Source of the DNA: an uncultured Clostridia bacterium
GTDB taxonomy: Bacteria; Bacillota; Clostridia; TANB77; CAG-508
Length of the DNA stretch: 62,934 nucleotides
NCBI GenBank assembly: GCA_947628825.1
Contig: CANRBH010000004.1
Span: forward strand, 1 to 62,934
Direction: 5' to 3'
Shown here: positions 18,563 to 28,887 of the stretch, piece after piece
Layout of the letters: each line of letters begins with the position of its first letter
How positions within the stretch are numbered: the first letter of the stretch is position 1
Program-made: the position numbers and the translations under genes
The notes under the pieces: generated by a model
What the model saw: only the letters and a program-made list of their open reading frames with translations
The model's database searches: none
Told to the model about the DNA's origin: nothing

Positions 18563-21500
18563 TTATCCAAACAAACTCATTTGGTTACTTTGACTCATTC
18601 CATTTAGACATCCTGCATTTTTTAGCATTTCTATTCCGCTGTTTCCTACCTTTGCTCTTAATCTTAAGTCATCTATTGACATAAATTCTCCATCTTTTCT
18701 TGCATTTGCAATCCCTTCTGCTGCTACAGTTCCAAATCCCGGAATGCTATTAAGCGGAGGTCTTATGCCATCATCCTCCATTTTAAACTTTGTTGCGTGT
18801 GATTCATAAAGATCAATTGGTAAGAACGATAAGCCTCTTTCATACATTTCATTTACAATTTCTAAAGTTTCATACATTGCACCATCTTTTTGTGTTGCGT
18901 TATTACCTAAAAGTTCTATTTCTTTCATTTTATTTCTTACTTTTTCTTTTCCGTGACACATAATATCACTCTCAAAAGCATCTGCTCTAATTGTAAAATA
19001 TGCTGTGTAATATGCTTTTGGAATATGTACTTTATACCACGCGATTCTAAATGCATTAGTAACATATGCTGCTGCGTGTGCTTTTGGAAATAGATATTTT
19101 ATTTTATTACAAGAATCTATATACCAAGATGGTACATTACATTCTTCCATAATCTTTTTATATTCAGCCCATTTATCTGGACTTTTAGCAACTTTTCCTT
19201 TACGTACAAGCTCCATTATCTTAAATGCTGTATTAGGTTTTACTCCTTGTTTTATTAAGTATAACATAATATCATCACGAGTACAAATTGCTTCACTTAA
19301 AGTAGCAGTACCACTATTTATTAAATCTTGTGCATTTCCTAACCACACATCAGTACCATGTGATAGTCCTGATATTCTTATTAGCTCCTCAAATGTAGTA
19401 GGTTTAGTATCTTTAAGCATTCCTCTAACAAACTTAGTTCCAGACTCAGGAATTCCATAAGTTCCAACCTCTGATTTAATAGCTTCTGGTGATACTCCTA
19501 AAGCTTCAGTAGATGAATAAATTGACATTGTTGCTTTATCATCAAGAGGAACTTTTGTTGGATCTAATCCTGTTAAATCATATAACATACGAATAACAGT
19601 TGGATCATCATGTCCTAGTATATCTAGTTTTAATAGGTTTTGATCTATTGAGTGATAATCAAAATGTGTAGTTATTATGTCTGAATTAGGGTCATCTGCA
19701 GGGTGTTGTACAGGAGTAAATTCATATATTTCCCTTCCTTTTGGTACAACTATAATTCCTCCTGGATGCTGTCCAGTAGTTCTTTTTATTCCAGTACAAC
19801 CTTTTGAAATTCTAGCAACCTCTGCTTTACTTGTTGGTTGACCTTTTTCTTCAAAATATTTTTTTACATATCCAAAAGCTGTTTTATCTGCAACTGTACC
19901 AACAGTTCCTGCTTTAAATGTAGTTCCTTTTCCAAATATTACTTCAGTATATTTATGAGCTTTTGCTTGATATTCACCAGAAAAGTTTAGGTCAATATCA
20001 GGCTCTTTATCTCCGTTAAATCCTAAAAAGGTTTCAAATGGTATATCCATTCCATCTTTATCTAATCTATGTCCACATTTTGGACACATCTTATCTGGCA
20101 AGTCGAAACCGTTCTTTATACCGTAATCAGTAAAGTCTGAGTATTTACAGTTTGGACATCTATAATGTGGTGGAAGCGAATTTACTTCTGTTATTCCTGT
20201 CATATTAGCAGCAAAAGATGAACCAACAGAACCTCTTGAGCCAACAATATATCCATCTTCATTAGATTTCCATACTAATTTCTGCGCAATAATGTACATT
20301 ACGGAGAATCCATTTTTTATAATAGAATCTAATTCTTTATCTAATCTATCTTGTACTATACCTGGTAGAGGATCACCATAAAGTTCATGTGCTTTTTTAT
20401 AAGCAATTTCTCTAATTGTTTCTTCACATTTTGGAATATATGGTGGACATTTTTCTGGTGATATTGGTCTTATTTTTTCACACATATCTGCTATTTTATT
20501 AGTATTTGTTACAACAACCTCATATGCTTTTTCTTCTCCTAAATATGAGAATTCTTTAAGCATTTCTTCAGTGGTTCTTAGATATAATGGTGCTTGTATA
20601 TCGGCATCATCATAACCTTGACCAGCTTGTATTATTCTCCTATATATCTCATCTTGTGGGTCCAAGAAATGAACATCGCAAGTTGCACATACTGGTTTTC
20701 CGAGTTTTTCGCCTAAGTCTACTATTTTTCTAACAATGTTTCTTAAATCTTCATCACTTTGAAGAACACCATCTCTTACTAAATATTCATCATTTCCAAT
20801 TGGTTGAATTTCAAGATAGTCATAACCTCTAGCTATTTCTTCTATATCTTCATCAGGCTTTCCTGCTAAGATTGCTTGATACAATTCCCCTTGGTCACAA
20901 GCTGTTCCTATTATTAAGCCTTCTGAATATTTCTTTAGAATTGATTTTAATATCAATGGTCTTTTATGAAAATATTTTATATGTGAATAAGAAACTAGTT
21001 TATATAAGTTTTTTAATCCTACATAATCTTTTGCCAGAATTATTATATGATAGCTTTTTAATTTTTTGAAATTAGCATTTCCCGCTTCTTTATTATCAAT
21101 ATCAGCTAACTTTTTAATTCCTTGTTCTTCAAGCTTTTTGCACATTACATTAAATACTTTTACTGTTGTATCAACATCATCTAAAGCTCTATGTGCAACT
21201 TCTACTTTTATTCCCATGTTTTCTGCTATAATTCCAAGTTTATATTTTTTGTAGTCAGGGTATAAATCTTTAGCTAATCTCAATGTATCTAAATATGTAT
21301 AATCAAATTTTAAGCCTAATTTCTCACAATTATATCTCAAAAATCCTGTATCAAAATCAGCATTATGTGCAACTAAAACAGAGTCACCAAAAAACTCTAA
21401 AATCTTTGGTAAGACTTCTTCTATTTTAGGAGCATCTTTTACCATATCATCAGTTATATTTGTAATTTCTTGTACTTTGTAAGGTATTGGTTTTTCTGGG

Positions 21501-23074
21501 TTTACAAAAGTTGAAAAAGTATCAATTACTTCTCCATTTTTGATTTTCATAATTCCAACTTCAGTAATTTTTTCTGTTCTAAAAGATGTTCCTGTTGTTT
21601 CTAAATCAAATACGCAATAGGTAGTATCTTTTAAAGTTTGTCCTTTGTCCTTTGTTATAACTGGTTCTTTGTCTAAAACTAGATATCCTTCAACACCATA
21701 TATTATTTTTATTCCTGCTTTATCATATCCTAAGTCTTCCATCAAGTGATGAGCTTCAGGAAAAGACTGAACTACTCCATGGTCAGTTATTGCTATTGAT
21801 TTCATTCCCCATTTCATTGCTCTTTTGATTAAATCAGTAGCTGATGTTACCGCATCCATTTGACTCATCTGTGTATGCATATGTAATTCTGTTCTTTTTA
21901 CTTCGCTATTATCCATTCTAACAGCTTTTTTTATTGGTTCTGTTTCAACAACAGTTGAAGCCAATACTGTAATTTCATTTGCAAATTTATCAAATCCAGC
22001 TCTTCCTCCAACTTTTACGCCAACACCTACTTTTAGTCTTTTCAAAATCTTATCTTTTTTATCTGGAGCAACAAATATTTTACAAGTTATTGTATTTGTG
22101 CCATCATACACATCAAAAGAAAGTAGAAATTTTCCTGTCTTTTTTAGTTCAGTTGGATCAGCTACGCCTACTATTTCTCCAACTAATTGAACTTCAGTTG
22201 TATCCATTCCTATATCTTCTATTTTAATAATATCCTCTTTAATATTTGCTGTTCTTCCATAAATAACACTTGGGTCTTCTGGTTCTGTTTTTGCTTCTTC
22301 ATTGCTTTCTTTTTTCTTCTTATAAAAATTATTATTTGAATTTTTCCAATTATTATTATATGATTTTTCTTTCCAGTTTTGATTTTCTTTTTTAACTTTG
22401 ACTTTTTGACTTTCTTCTTTATTTTGATTTTCTTGTTGTTCATTATTCTCTTTTTGTATGGTTTGAGCCTTAACTGAGTTTTCTGAATATTCTTTTATTA
22501 TATCTTCTCTTTGCTTTAAAAAGTTACTTTCATCTTTTATTGTGTTTTCTTCAATAAAATTAACCTTATAATTCTTTCCATAGATGTCTTTAATAAAATT
22601 TGTTATCTTTGTATTTATGCCTTGCTTTTCAAGCAAGATTTTTCCTTTATAATTTAAGTGCGTATTTATAATACCGTTCTCTATTTCTATATTACTTCCT
22701 TTAAGAAATGCCTTAATAACTGGAACTTTTTTAGATAGATGTCCTAAAATATCTTTCCAGTCATTTATTATTGTATTATCTAAATCAAATCTCTTGCTTT
22801 GTTTTACTTCTTCATTGATTGGAACAACATTATCTGCATTTTCTTTTGGAAAACTTATTTTAAAATCAACTTCACTAAAATTAAATCTCTTTTTAGCATA
22901 AGATTCAAACTTTTCCATCTCTGTAATCGGAATCAAATCATCAGACTGCAAAAAAAGCTCTAATTTATTTGTCTTTTTATACAAATTAACATTAGAGATT
23001 TTTGCATTTGCTAGTGCAAAACTATCAGTACTATAATCACCAAATACCATTTTTACTTCTTTTAATTGTTCCAA
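18563..23074 (-). CDS. polC: DNA polymerase III PolC-type (Gram-positive replicative polymerase with PHP, exonuclease and polymerase domains)
   Basis: 1503 aa with the exonuclease motif YCVFDLETTG...AHNADFD, a PHP region and the Zn module CPNCKY...CPKCG. The start is TTG with GGGGG upstream. Confidence 0.97.
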   Translation of the reverse strand: MEQLKEVKMVFGDYSTDSFALANAKISNVNLYKKTNKLELFLQSDDLIPITEMEKFESYAKKRFNFSEVDFKISFPKENADNVVPINEEVKQSKRFDLDNTIINDWKDILGHLSKKVPVIKAFLKGSNIEIENGIINTHLNYKGKILLEKQGINTKITNFIKDIYGKNYKVNFIEENTIKDESNFLKQREDIIKEYSENSVKAQTIQKENNEQQENQNKEESQKVKVKKENQNWKEKSYNNNWKNSNNNFYKKKKESNEEAKTEPEDPSVIYGRTANIKEDIIKIEDIGMDTTEVQLVGEIVGVADPTELKKTGKFLLSFDVYDGTNTITCKIFVAPDKKDKILKRLKVGVGVKVGGRAGFDKFANEITVLASTVVETEPIKKAVRMDNSEVKRTELHMHTQMSQMDAVTSATDLIKRAMKWGMKSIAITDHGVVQSFPEAHHLMEDLGYDKAGIKIIYGVEGYLVLDKEPVITKDKGQTLKDTTYCVFDLETTGTSFRTEKITEVGIMKIKNGEVIDTFSTFVNPEKPIPYKVQEITNITDDMVKDAPKIEEVLPKILEFFGDSVLVAHNADFDTGFLRYNCEKLGLKFDYTYLDTLRLAKDLYPDYKKYKLGIIAENMGIKVEVAHRALDDVDTTVKVFNVMCKKLEEQGIKKLADIDNKEAGNANFKKLKSYHIIILAKDYVGLKNLYKLVSYSHIKYFHKRPLILKSILKKYSEGLIIGTACDQGELYQAILAGKPDEDIEEIARGYDYLEIQPIGNDEYLVRDGVLQSDEDLRNIVRKIVDLGEKLGKPVCATCDVHFLDPQDEIYRRIIQAGQGYDDADIQAPLYLRTTEEMLKEFSYLGEEKAYEVVVTNTNKIADMCEKIRPISPEKCPPYIPKCEETIREIAYKKAHELYGDPLPGIVQDRLDKELDSIIKNGFSVMYIIAQKLVWKSNEDGYIVGSRGSVGSSFAANMTGITEVNSLPPHYRCPNCKYSDFTDYGIKNGFDLPDKMCPKCGHRLDKDGMDIPFETFLGFNGDKEPDIDLNFSGEYQAKAHKYTEVIFGKGTTFKAGTVGTVADKTAFGYVKKYFEEKGQPTSKAEVARISKGCTGIKRTTGQHPGGIIVVPKGREIYEFTPVQHPADDPNSDIITTHFDYHSIDQNLLKLDILGHDDPTVIRMLYDLTGLDPTKVPLDDKATMSIYSSTEALGVSPEAIKSEVGTYGIPESGTKFVRGMLKDTKPTTFEELIRISGLSHGTDVWLGNAQDLINSGTATLSEAICTRDDIMLYLIKQGVKPNTAFKIMELVRKGKVAKSPDKWAEYKKIMEECNVPSWYIDSCNKIKYLFPKAHAAAYVTNAFRIAWYKVHIPKAYYTAYFTIRADAFESDIMCHGKEKVRNKMKEIELLGNNATQKDGAMYETLEIVNEMYERGLSFLPIDLYESHATKFKMEDDGIRPPLNSIPGFGTVAAEGIANARKDGEFMSIDDLRLRAKVGNSGIEMLKNAGCLNGMSQSNQMSLFG

Positions 23075-23137
23075 AATTTTGCCCCCGTCTATTAAATTAT
23101 AATTTGTTACAATTATTATAAAATGTCATAAATATAA

Positions 23138-23884
23138 TTACAATCTTGCTATATCATTAAATGCAACTATTACTGAAAATATAATCAAAGCAATAAATCC
23201 AAAAGATTGGATACTTGCTTCTACATTTTTATTTAATGGCTTTTTTCGTATGCCTTCTATTATTAATAAAACAATTCTACCTCCATCAAGAGGTATTATT
23301 GGTAAAAGGTTAGTTATTCCAAGTGAAACAGAAATAATTGATAATAAATATATAAATTCAGTAAGTCCCGAAGTTTTTGACACCATACCTGATATTCCTA
23401 TTGGACCCACCATATCATTCATTTTAACGTTTCCTGTAAAGATTTGCAATATTCCAAGTCCCATATTTTTTATTAGTTCTAAAATTGCTCTAAATGAATA
23501 TTGTATTGCTTCTGTAAAATTTGCATTTACAGAAATTAAATATCTTATAAATATCAATATTCCATAAGCTAATATTCCAAATATAATATTTACAAGTGCT
23601 CCTGCAGCAACTACTGCTATTCTCTTTGGAATACTTGCTTTGCTAAATGAATCTTTTTTCTCTGATTCTTCTTCTTCACCCTCAAGTTTGACAAAACCTC
23701 CAAGTGGGATGAGCCTTAATTCATAATCTGTTTCTTTTCCTTTTTTGCTCCATATTTTAGGACCAAATCCTATTGCAAATTCATTTACTCTTATTTTACA
23801 TAATTTAGCAACTGTATAATGACCTGTTTCATGTATTAAAACTAAAAAGCCAAGTAAAAAAATTATCTTTAAAGCTGTTATCAA
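23138..23884 (-). CDS. M50 family site-2 metalloprotease, short RseP-like form
   Basis: HETGHY (HExxH) and NLLPIIPLDGG motifs are present. At 248 aa it is too short to hold the PDZ domain of canonical RseP. TTG start with AGGAGG upstream. Confidence 0.8.
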   Translation of the reverse strand: MITALKIIFLLGFLVLIHETGHYTVAKLCKIRVNEFAIGFGPKIWSKKGKETDYELRLIPLGGFVKLEGEEEESEKKDSFSKASIPKRIAVVAAGALVNIIFGILAYGILIFIRYLISVNANFTEAIQYSFRAILELIKNMGLGILQIFTGNVKMNDMVGPIGISGMVSKTSGLTEFIYLLSIISVSLGITNLLPIIPLDGGRIVLLIIEGIRKKPLNKNVEASIQSFGFIALIIFSVIVAFNDIARL

Positions 23885-23902
23885 GAGTATTTATCCTCCT
23901 AA

Positions 23903-24739
23903 TTATATTATAAACAATGTCATTAAAATGTATGCAAAAGGAATTATGAATATTACGCTATCAAATCTATCTAGCATTCCTCCATGACCAGGTATTAGCG
24001 CACTAAAATCTTTTATTCCACAATATCTCTTAATTGCTGATGCAGCTAAGTCTCCAATCTGTCCTATTAAGGTTAATACAAATATAATCAATGATATTGT
24101 TACATAATTTATTGATAATGAAAATACATTGTTCATTATTAGTGTATATACTAAGCCAATTAAAATTGCTCCTATAACACCTGCCACACTTCCTTCTATT
24201 GTTTTGTTAGGACTTATTTCTGTAAATTTATGTTTTCCAAAGTTTCTTCCAATAAAGTATGCACAAGTGTCACTGCCCCAAGCTGCAATAATTACATACC
24301 ATATATATATCTTTCCATTTGGGTTAATTGCTTGTATCTGATTTAAAAAGAATAATGTGATTGGAATATAGCAGATTCCAAATAGTGTAACTGCTACATC
24401 TACTATATTTTTCTTTCCTTTTGAAAAAAATAATTCTGTTGCCAATACTAGTATGCATATTGGAATTACACATACTAATGAAGCCCACATTATAGTTTTA
24501 GGAACAAAGTTCAACAGTATAATTAATACACTTACTATGTATCCAAGCCATGCTGATGGATTTGCTTTTTTTCCATTTTGAAAACAAGTATAATATTCAT
24601 ATAAGCATATAATTGATAATGCTGAAATTACTATGTCAAATACTATATTGTTAGCAAAGATAAATACAATAAGCACTAATGGAAATCCTAAGACTGCGCT
24701 TACGACTCTTGTAAGTAAACCTTTTTTCTTTTTATCCAT
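23903..24739 (-). CDS. cdsA: phosphatidate cytidylyltransferase
   Basis: C-terminal SAIKRYCGIKDFSALIPGHGGMLDRFDS signature. Confidence 0.9.
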   Translation of the reverse strand: MDKKKKGLLTRVVSAVLGFPLVLIVFIFANNIVFDIVISALSIICLYEYYTCFQNGKKANPSAWLGYIVSVLIILLNFVPKTIMWASLVCVIPICILVLATELFFSKGKKNIVDVAVTLFGICYIPITLFFLNQIQAINPNGKIYIWYVIIAAWGSDTCAYFIGRNFGKHKFTEISPNKTIEGSVAGVIGAILIGLVYTLIMNNVFSLSINYVTISLIIFVLTLIGQIGDLAASAIKRYCGIKDFSALIPGHGGMLDRFDSVIFIIPFAYILMTLFII

Positions 24740-24751
24740 AAAATCCCCCTT

Positions 24752-25471
24752 TTATTTTCCTATCCTTCTTTGGCGACCTTCATAATACTTAATTGCATCA
24801 TCAATATCTTTTGTAGTAAATTCTGGCCAATATTTATCTAAAAATAAAAACTCAGAATATGTTATTTGCCATGGCAAAAAATTACTTGTTCTACACTCAC
24901 CACTTGTTCTTATTAGTAAATCTGGATCTTTTTGTCCATATGTATATAAATTATTAGAAAATACTTCTTCATCAATGTCTTCAACTTTTAGTTTTCCATC
25001 TAAGACATCTTGAGCAATTTTTTTAGTAGCTCTAACAATTTCCGCCCTTCCTCCATAATTAAATGCGATGTTTAAATTAAGTCCTGTGTTGTCTTTAGTT
25101 CTTTCTTCCATTTTTATCATTTTATTTCTTATGTTTTCTGGTACACCATCTTTATCACCTAGTATTCTTAACTTAATGTTTTCCAAATCAGCTGTTTTTA
25201 AAAATCTGTCTAGATAAAGTTCTAGTATTTTTATGATTGCTCCAACTTCTTCCTTGGTTCTTTTCCAGTTTTCTGTTGAAAAAGCATATACTGTTAAATA
25301 TTTTAATCCAATTTTATTACAATATCTTGATACATCTTCTAAAACTTCTGCACCCTTCTTATGTCCTAAGCTTTTTTCTAAATTATTTTCTTTTGCCCAT
25401 CTTCTATTACCATCCATTATAATAGCAATGTGTTTAATATCTAGGTCTTCCATAATATTATCCCTTTCCAT
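24752..25471 (-). CDS. uppS: undecaprenyl diphosphate synthase (isoprenyl transferase)
   Basis: HIAIIMDGNRRWA...YAFSTENWKR...LLIRTSGE. The likely start is the ATG at 25453 (MEDLD), which has a better SD. Confidence 0.95.
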   Translation of the reverse strand: MERDNIMEDLDIKHIAIIMDGNRRWAKENNLEKSLGHKKGAEVLEDVSRYCNKIGLKYLTVYAFSTENWKRTKEEVGAIIKILELYLDRFLKTADLENIKLRILGDKDGVPENIRNKMIKMEERTKDNTGLNLNIAFNYGGRAEIVRATKKIAQDVLDGKLKVEDIDEEVFSNNLYTYGQKDPDLLIRTSGECRTSNFLPWQITYSEFLFLDKYWPEFTTKDIDDAIKYYEGRQRRIGK

Positions 25472-25499
25472 TTTGCTCTAAATTTTGAACAAGTTTCAT

Positions 25500-26048
25500 T
25501 TAAACAGACATTATTTCTGTTTCTTTTTTATTATATATTTCATCAATTTTAGCTACATTGCTATCTGTTGCTTTTTGAATTTTATCTTCTAAAGATCTTT
25601 CCTCATCTTCTGATATCTCACTATTTTTTAATTTAGCTTTAGCTTCATCCATTTCATCTCTTCTTACATTTCTTACAGCAACTTTTGCTTCTTCAGCCAT
25701 TTTCTTTATGTCTTTTACAATATCTCTTCTTCTTTCTTCTGTAAGTTCTGGGAAATTTAATCTAATTAGTTGTCCATCACTTACTGGATGTATTCCTATA
25801 TCGGCTATTTCTATTGCTTTTTCTATTTGTGAAAGTATACTTTTATCCCAAGGTTGTATAACAATCATTCTTGCTTCTGGAACTGATATACTAGCGACTT
25901 GGTTTATTGGAGTTGGTACTCCATAGTATTCAACCTGTACCTTATTTAATATTGCTGGATTTGCTCTTCCAGCTCTTACTTCTTGATAATTATCTTTCAA
26001 ATTTACCAATACTTTTTCCATTCTTTCATTCATTGTTTCTATACTCAT
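25500..26048 (-). CDS. frr: ribosome recycling factor
   Basis: Full-length match to the Frr pattern (RAGRANPAILN...NFPELTEERRRD). Confidence 0.95.
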   Translation of the reverse strand: MSIETMNERMEKVLVNLKDNYQEVRAGRANPAILNKVQVEYYGVPTPINQVASISVPEARMIVIQPWDKSILSQIEKAIEIADIGIHPVSDGQLIRLNFPELTEERRRDIVKDIKKMAEEAKVAVRNVRRDEMDEAKAKLKNSEISEDEERSLEDKIQKATDSNVAKIDEIYNKKETEIMSV

Positions 26049-26117
26049 AATAAATTCCTTTCTTAATTAAGAGACATATATATAACTCTTAATTCTTTTA
26101 AACTATCCTTATTATTT

Positions 26118-26813
26118 TTAATCAACTTTTGTACCTATGTTTTCTTCATTTGCAGCTTTTATTATATTCTTTGGATTACTCATTGCAAACACAACAAGTG
26201 GAATATCATTATCTTTGCATATTGAAATTGCTGTTGAGTCCATTACTTTTAAGTCTTTTTCCAATATTTCTTGATATGTCACATGATCTATCTTTTGTGC
26301 AGTAGGATCAAGCTTTGGATCTGCAGTATAAACTCCATCTATAGTTTTTGCTACTAATATTGCATTAGCTCCTATTTCAGCTGCTCTTAAAGCTGCTGCA
26401 GTATCTGTTGAGAAAAATGGACTTCCTGTACCACAAGAAAAAATTAGTATTCTTCCTTTTTCTAAATGTCTCATTGCTCTTCTTTGTGTAAACGGTTCTG
26501 CAATTTGTCTCATTTCTATTGCTGTTTGTAATCTTGTTGCTATTCCTCTTTTTTCTATTGCATCTTGTAAAGCTAAACCATTCATTGCTGTTGCTAACAT
26601 TCCCATATAGTCTGCAGTGGTTCTAACCATATTTTCTCCATATTTACCTCTCCAGAAGTTTCCTCCTCCAACAACAATTGCGATTTCTACTCCCATATCG
26701 TATAATTCTTTTATTGCATCACATATTTCATTTAATGTTTTTTCATCAATTCCTGTCTTATTTTCACCAGCTAATGCTTCTCCACTTAACTTCAACAATA
26801 CTCTTTTATACAA
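26118..26813 (-). CDS. pyrH: UMP kinase
   Basis: [13 protein letters not shown]...[10 protein letters not shown]...RAAEIGA. TTG start with GGGGAGGG upstream. Confidence 0.95.
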   Translation of the reverse strand: MYKRVLLKLSGEALAGENKTGIDEKTLNEICDAIKELYDMGVEIAIVVGGGNFWRGKYGENMVRTTADYMGMLATAMNGLALQDAIEKRGIATRLQTAIEMRQIAEPFTQRRAMRHLEKGRILIFSCGTGSPFFSTDTAAALRAAEIGANAILVAKTIDGVYTADPKLDPTAQKIDHVTYQEILEKDLKVMDSTAISICKDNDIPLVVFAMSNPKNIIKAANEENIGTKVD

Positions 26814-26833
26814 AGCTTTTCCCTCCCCATTTC

Positions 26834-26906
26834 TTTCTTCGCTTCGCTCAGAATCGGCACTACAAAATTTTTTTCAAAAATTTCGTAGCTGCCATGCTGA
26901 GGAACC
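26834..26906 (-). repeat. conserved GC-richer hairpin element, copy B (5'-UTR of pyrH)
   Basis: Same conserved flanks as 13863-13937. The lower stem changes from CUUC/GAAG to CUAC/GUAG (compensatory change). Confidence 0.7.
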
Positions 26907-27138
26907 ATTTTACTTTTATGTTAATTAATATTTTAATTTACTCGTATTCTATCATATATAATTTAAAACTTAAAGAGAAAAAATAAAATTTTTTTAATTA
27001 TTTACTATTCAAAAAAGACACTATATTTCTATAAATATAAGTACAAATGTAAAACATTTTGTTAAACGAAAAAAGAGGAAATTTTAACATTCCCCCTTTT
27101 AATAATTTTTTATAATTAATTATATCTTATATAGTCTA

Positions 27139-27480
27139 TTAAATATCATACTTTTTAGATTTTACATAAGCAACTGAACCTATGACTACTGCAGCCAAAC
27201 CTATAACAGAAATCATATATATATCATTTTCACCAGTTTGTGGTAAATCTTTGTCAGAATCTATTTCGTTTATTTTTACAATATTAGTTTGAACTGTATT
27301 ACCTGTTGTGTTGCCTACTACATTACCTACTGTATTTCCTAATGTGTTGCCTAGTGTATTACCACTAGTTGGATTCATATCTAAATTTCCTAAAGCAAAA
27401 ACTGAATTTGCTAAAGCAAATAAACTAATAAAAATTAAAACTAAAGATACTACTACACTTTTACTTAATTTTTTCATCAT
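27139..27480 (-). CDS. small LPXTG-anchored surface protein with GNT(L/V/T) repeats
   Basis: Signal peptide (KKLSKSVVVSLVLIFISLFALANSVFA), repeat GNTLGNTLGNTVGNVVGNTTGNTV, then LPQTGE + TM + KSKK sorting signal. Confidence 0.75.
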   Translation of the reverse strand: MMKKLSKSVVVSLVLIFISLFALANSVFALGNLDMNPTSGNTLGNTLGNTVGNVVGNTTGNTVQTNIVKINEIDSDKDLPQTGENDIYMISVIGLAAVVIGSVAYVKSKKYDI

Positions 27481-27708
27481 AACGTTCTCCTCACTTTTTC
27501 CTATTCTTCATATTGTTATTATGTCTATATTTTTGTAAAATATAGCAAGAAAATAATAACAATCACACTCTATATAAATATTTTATACTTATTTTTTATA
27601 TAAGTCAACATTTTTTTGCATATTTTTTTATTTTTTTTACAAATAAAGATATTTTCCGACAAATTAACTTTTTTCAATTTTTTTACTTATGATTATAAAA
27701 AATCAAAT

Positions 27709-28797
27709 TTAAACGTTAAATTTAAATTCTACAATATCTCCTTCTTGCATTACATAATCCTTTCCTTCTAGTCTAACTAAGCCTAATTCTTTTACTTTTT
27801 GATAACTGCCATTTTTCACTAAATCATTATATGATACAATTTCTGCTTTTATGAATCCCCTTTCAAAATCAGAGTGTATTTTTCCTGCTGCTTGAGGTGC
27901 TTTAGTGCCTTTTTTTATTGTCCAAGCTCTTACTTCTTTTTTTCCAGCTGTCAAAAATGACATAAGTCCTAAAAGTTCATAACTTTTTCTTATTACTTTA
28001 TCTAATCCTGATTCTTCTAATCCAAGAGCTTCAAGCATTTCCTTTTTATCTTCTCCATCTAAAGCTGATAATTCTTCTTCAATCTTTACACATAAAGTTA
28101 TTGTTTCGGCATTTTCGTTTTTTGCATATGCTTTAACTTTTTTTACATACTCATTTTCTTCTTTTCCTATATCATTTTCTGAAATATTAGCAACATATAA
28201 AATTGGCTTTTTTGTTAAAAGAAAAGCATCTTTTATTAACTCTTCTTCTTCATCACTTAAACTAACTGTTCTTGCTGGTTTTCCACCTTCTAAAGCATCT
28301 CTTACTTTTTTGAATGTTTCTTCTTCTACTAAATATTTCTTGTCACCTTTGGCAAGTTTTGCGGCCCTCTCAATTCTTTTATTTACTGTTTCTAAATCAG
28401 CTAAAACAAGTTCTAAGTTTATTGTTTCTATATCTCTAATTGGATCAACGCTTCCGTCAACATGTACTATATTTGAATCATCAAAACACCTTACAACTTC
28501 TAGTATTGAATCTGTTTCTCTAATATGAGATAAAAATTTATTTCCTAAACCTTCTCCTTTACTTGCTCCTTTAACTAATCCTGCTATATCAACAAATTCA
28601 ATTATTGCATGAGTTTTTTTATCAGCTTCATACATTTTTTCTAGTACATCTAGTCTTTCATCTGGAACTGGTACAACTCCTACATTTGGCTCTATTGTGC
28701 AAAATGGATAATTTGCGCATTCTGCTCCTGCATTTGTTATACTGTTAAAAAGTGTACTTTTTCCAACGTTTGGCAATCCAACTATTCCTATTTTCAT
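27709..28797 (-). CDS. ychF: ribosome-binding ATPase YchF
   Basis: MKIGIVGLPNVGKSTLFN...; the C-terminal TGS-like domain is present. The start is placed at 28797 (GAGGAGG upstream) rather than the ORF-track start at 28839. Confidence 0.93.
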   Translation of the reverse strand: MKIGIVGLPNVGKSTLFNSITNAGAECANYPFCTIEPNVGVVPVPDERLDVLEKMYEADKKTHAIIEFVDIAGLVKGASKGEGLGNKFLSHIRETDSILEVVRCFDDSNIVHVDGSVDPIRDIETINLELVLADLETVNKRIERAAKLAKGDKKYLVEEETFKKVRDALEGGKPARTVSLSDEEEELIKDAFLLTKKPILYVANISENDIGKEENEYVKKVKAYAKNENAETITLCVKIEEELSALDGEDKKEMLEALGLEESGLDKVIRKSYELLGLMSFLTAGKKEVRAWTIKKGTKAPQAAGKIHSDFERGFIKAEIVSYNDLVKNGSYQKVKELGLVRLEGKDYVMQEGDIVEFKFNV

Positions 28798-28887
28798 TAT
28801 ATTTTTCCTCCTCGCTAGATTATTATACAATATTAACATAATTTTTTCAATTGTTACTTTTCTTCATTTTTTATAAATTATTTTTTA

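Noticed and set aside
22219-22443. A 74-aa minus-strand ORF in an alternative frame inside polC.
   Set aside because: It is a Lys/Ile-rich product of the low-complexity A-rich insert and is fully embedded in the conserved polC frame.
27290-27370. The short tandem 12-nt repeats as a CRISPR-like or intergenic repeat array.
   Set aside because: They lie inside an ORF and encode the GNTx peptide repeat of the LPXTG protein. There are no spacers and no cas genes in the window.
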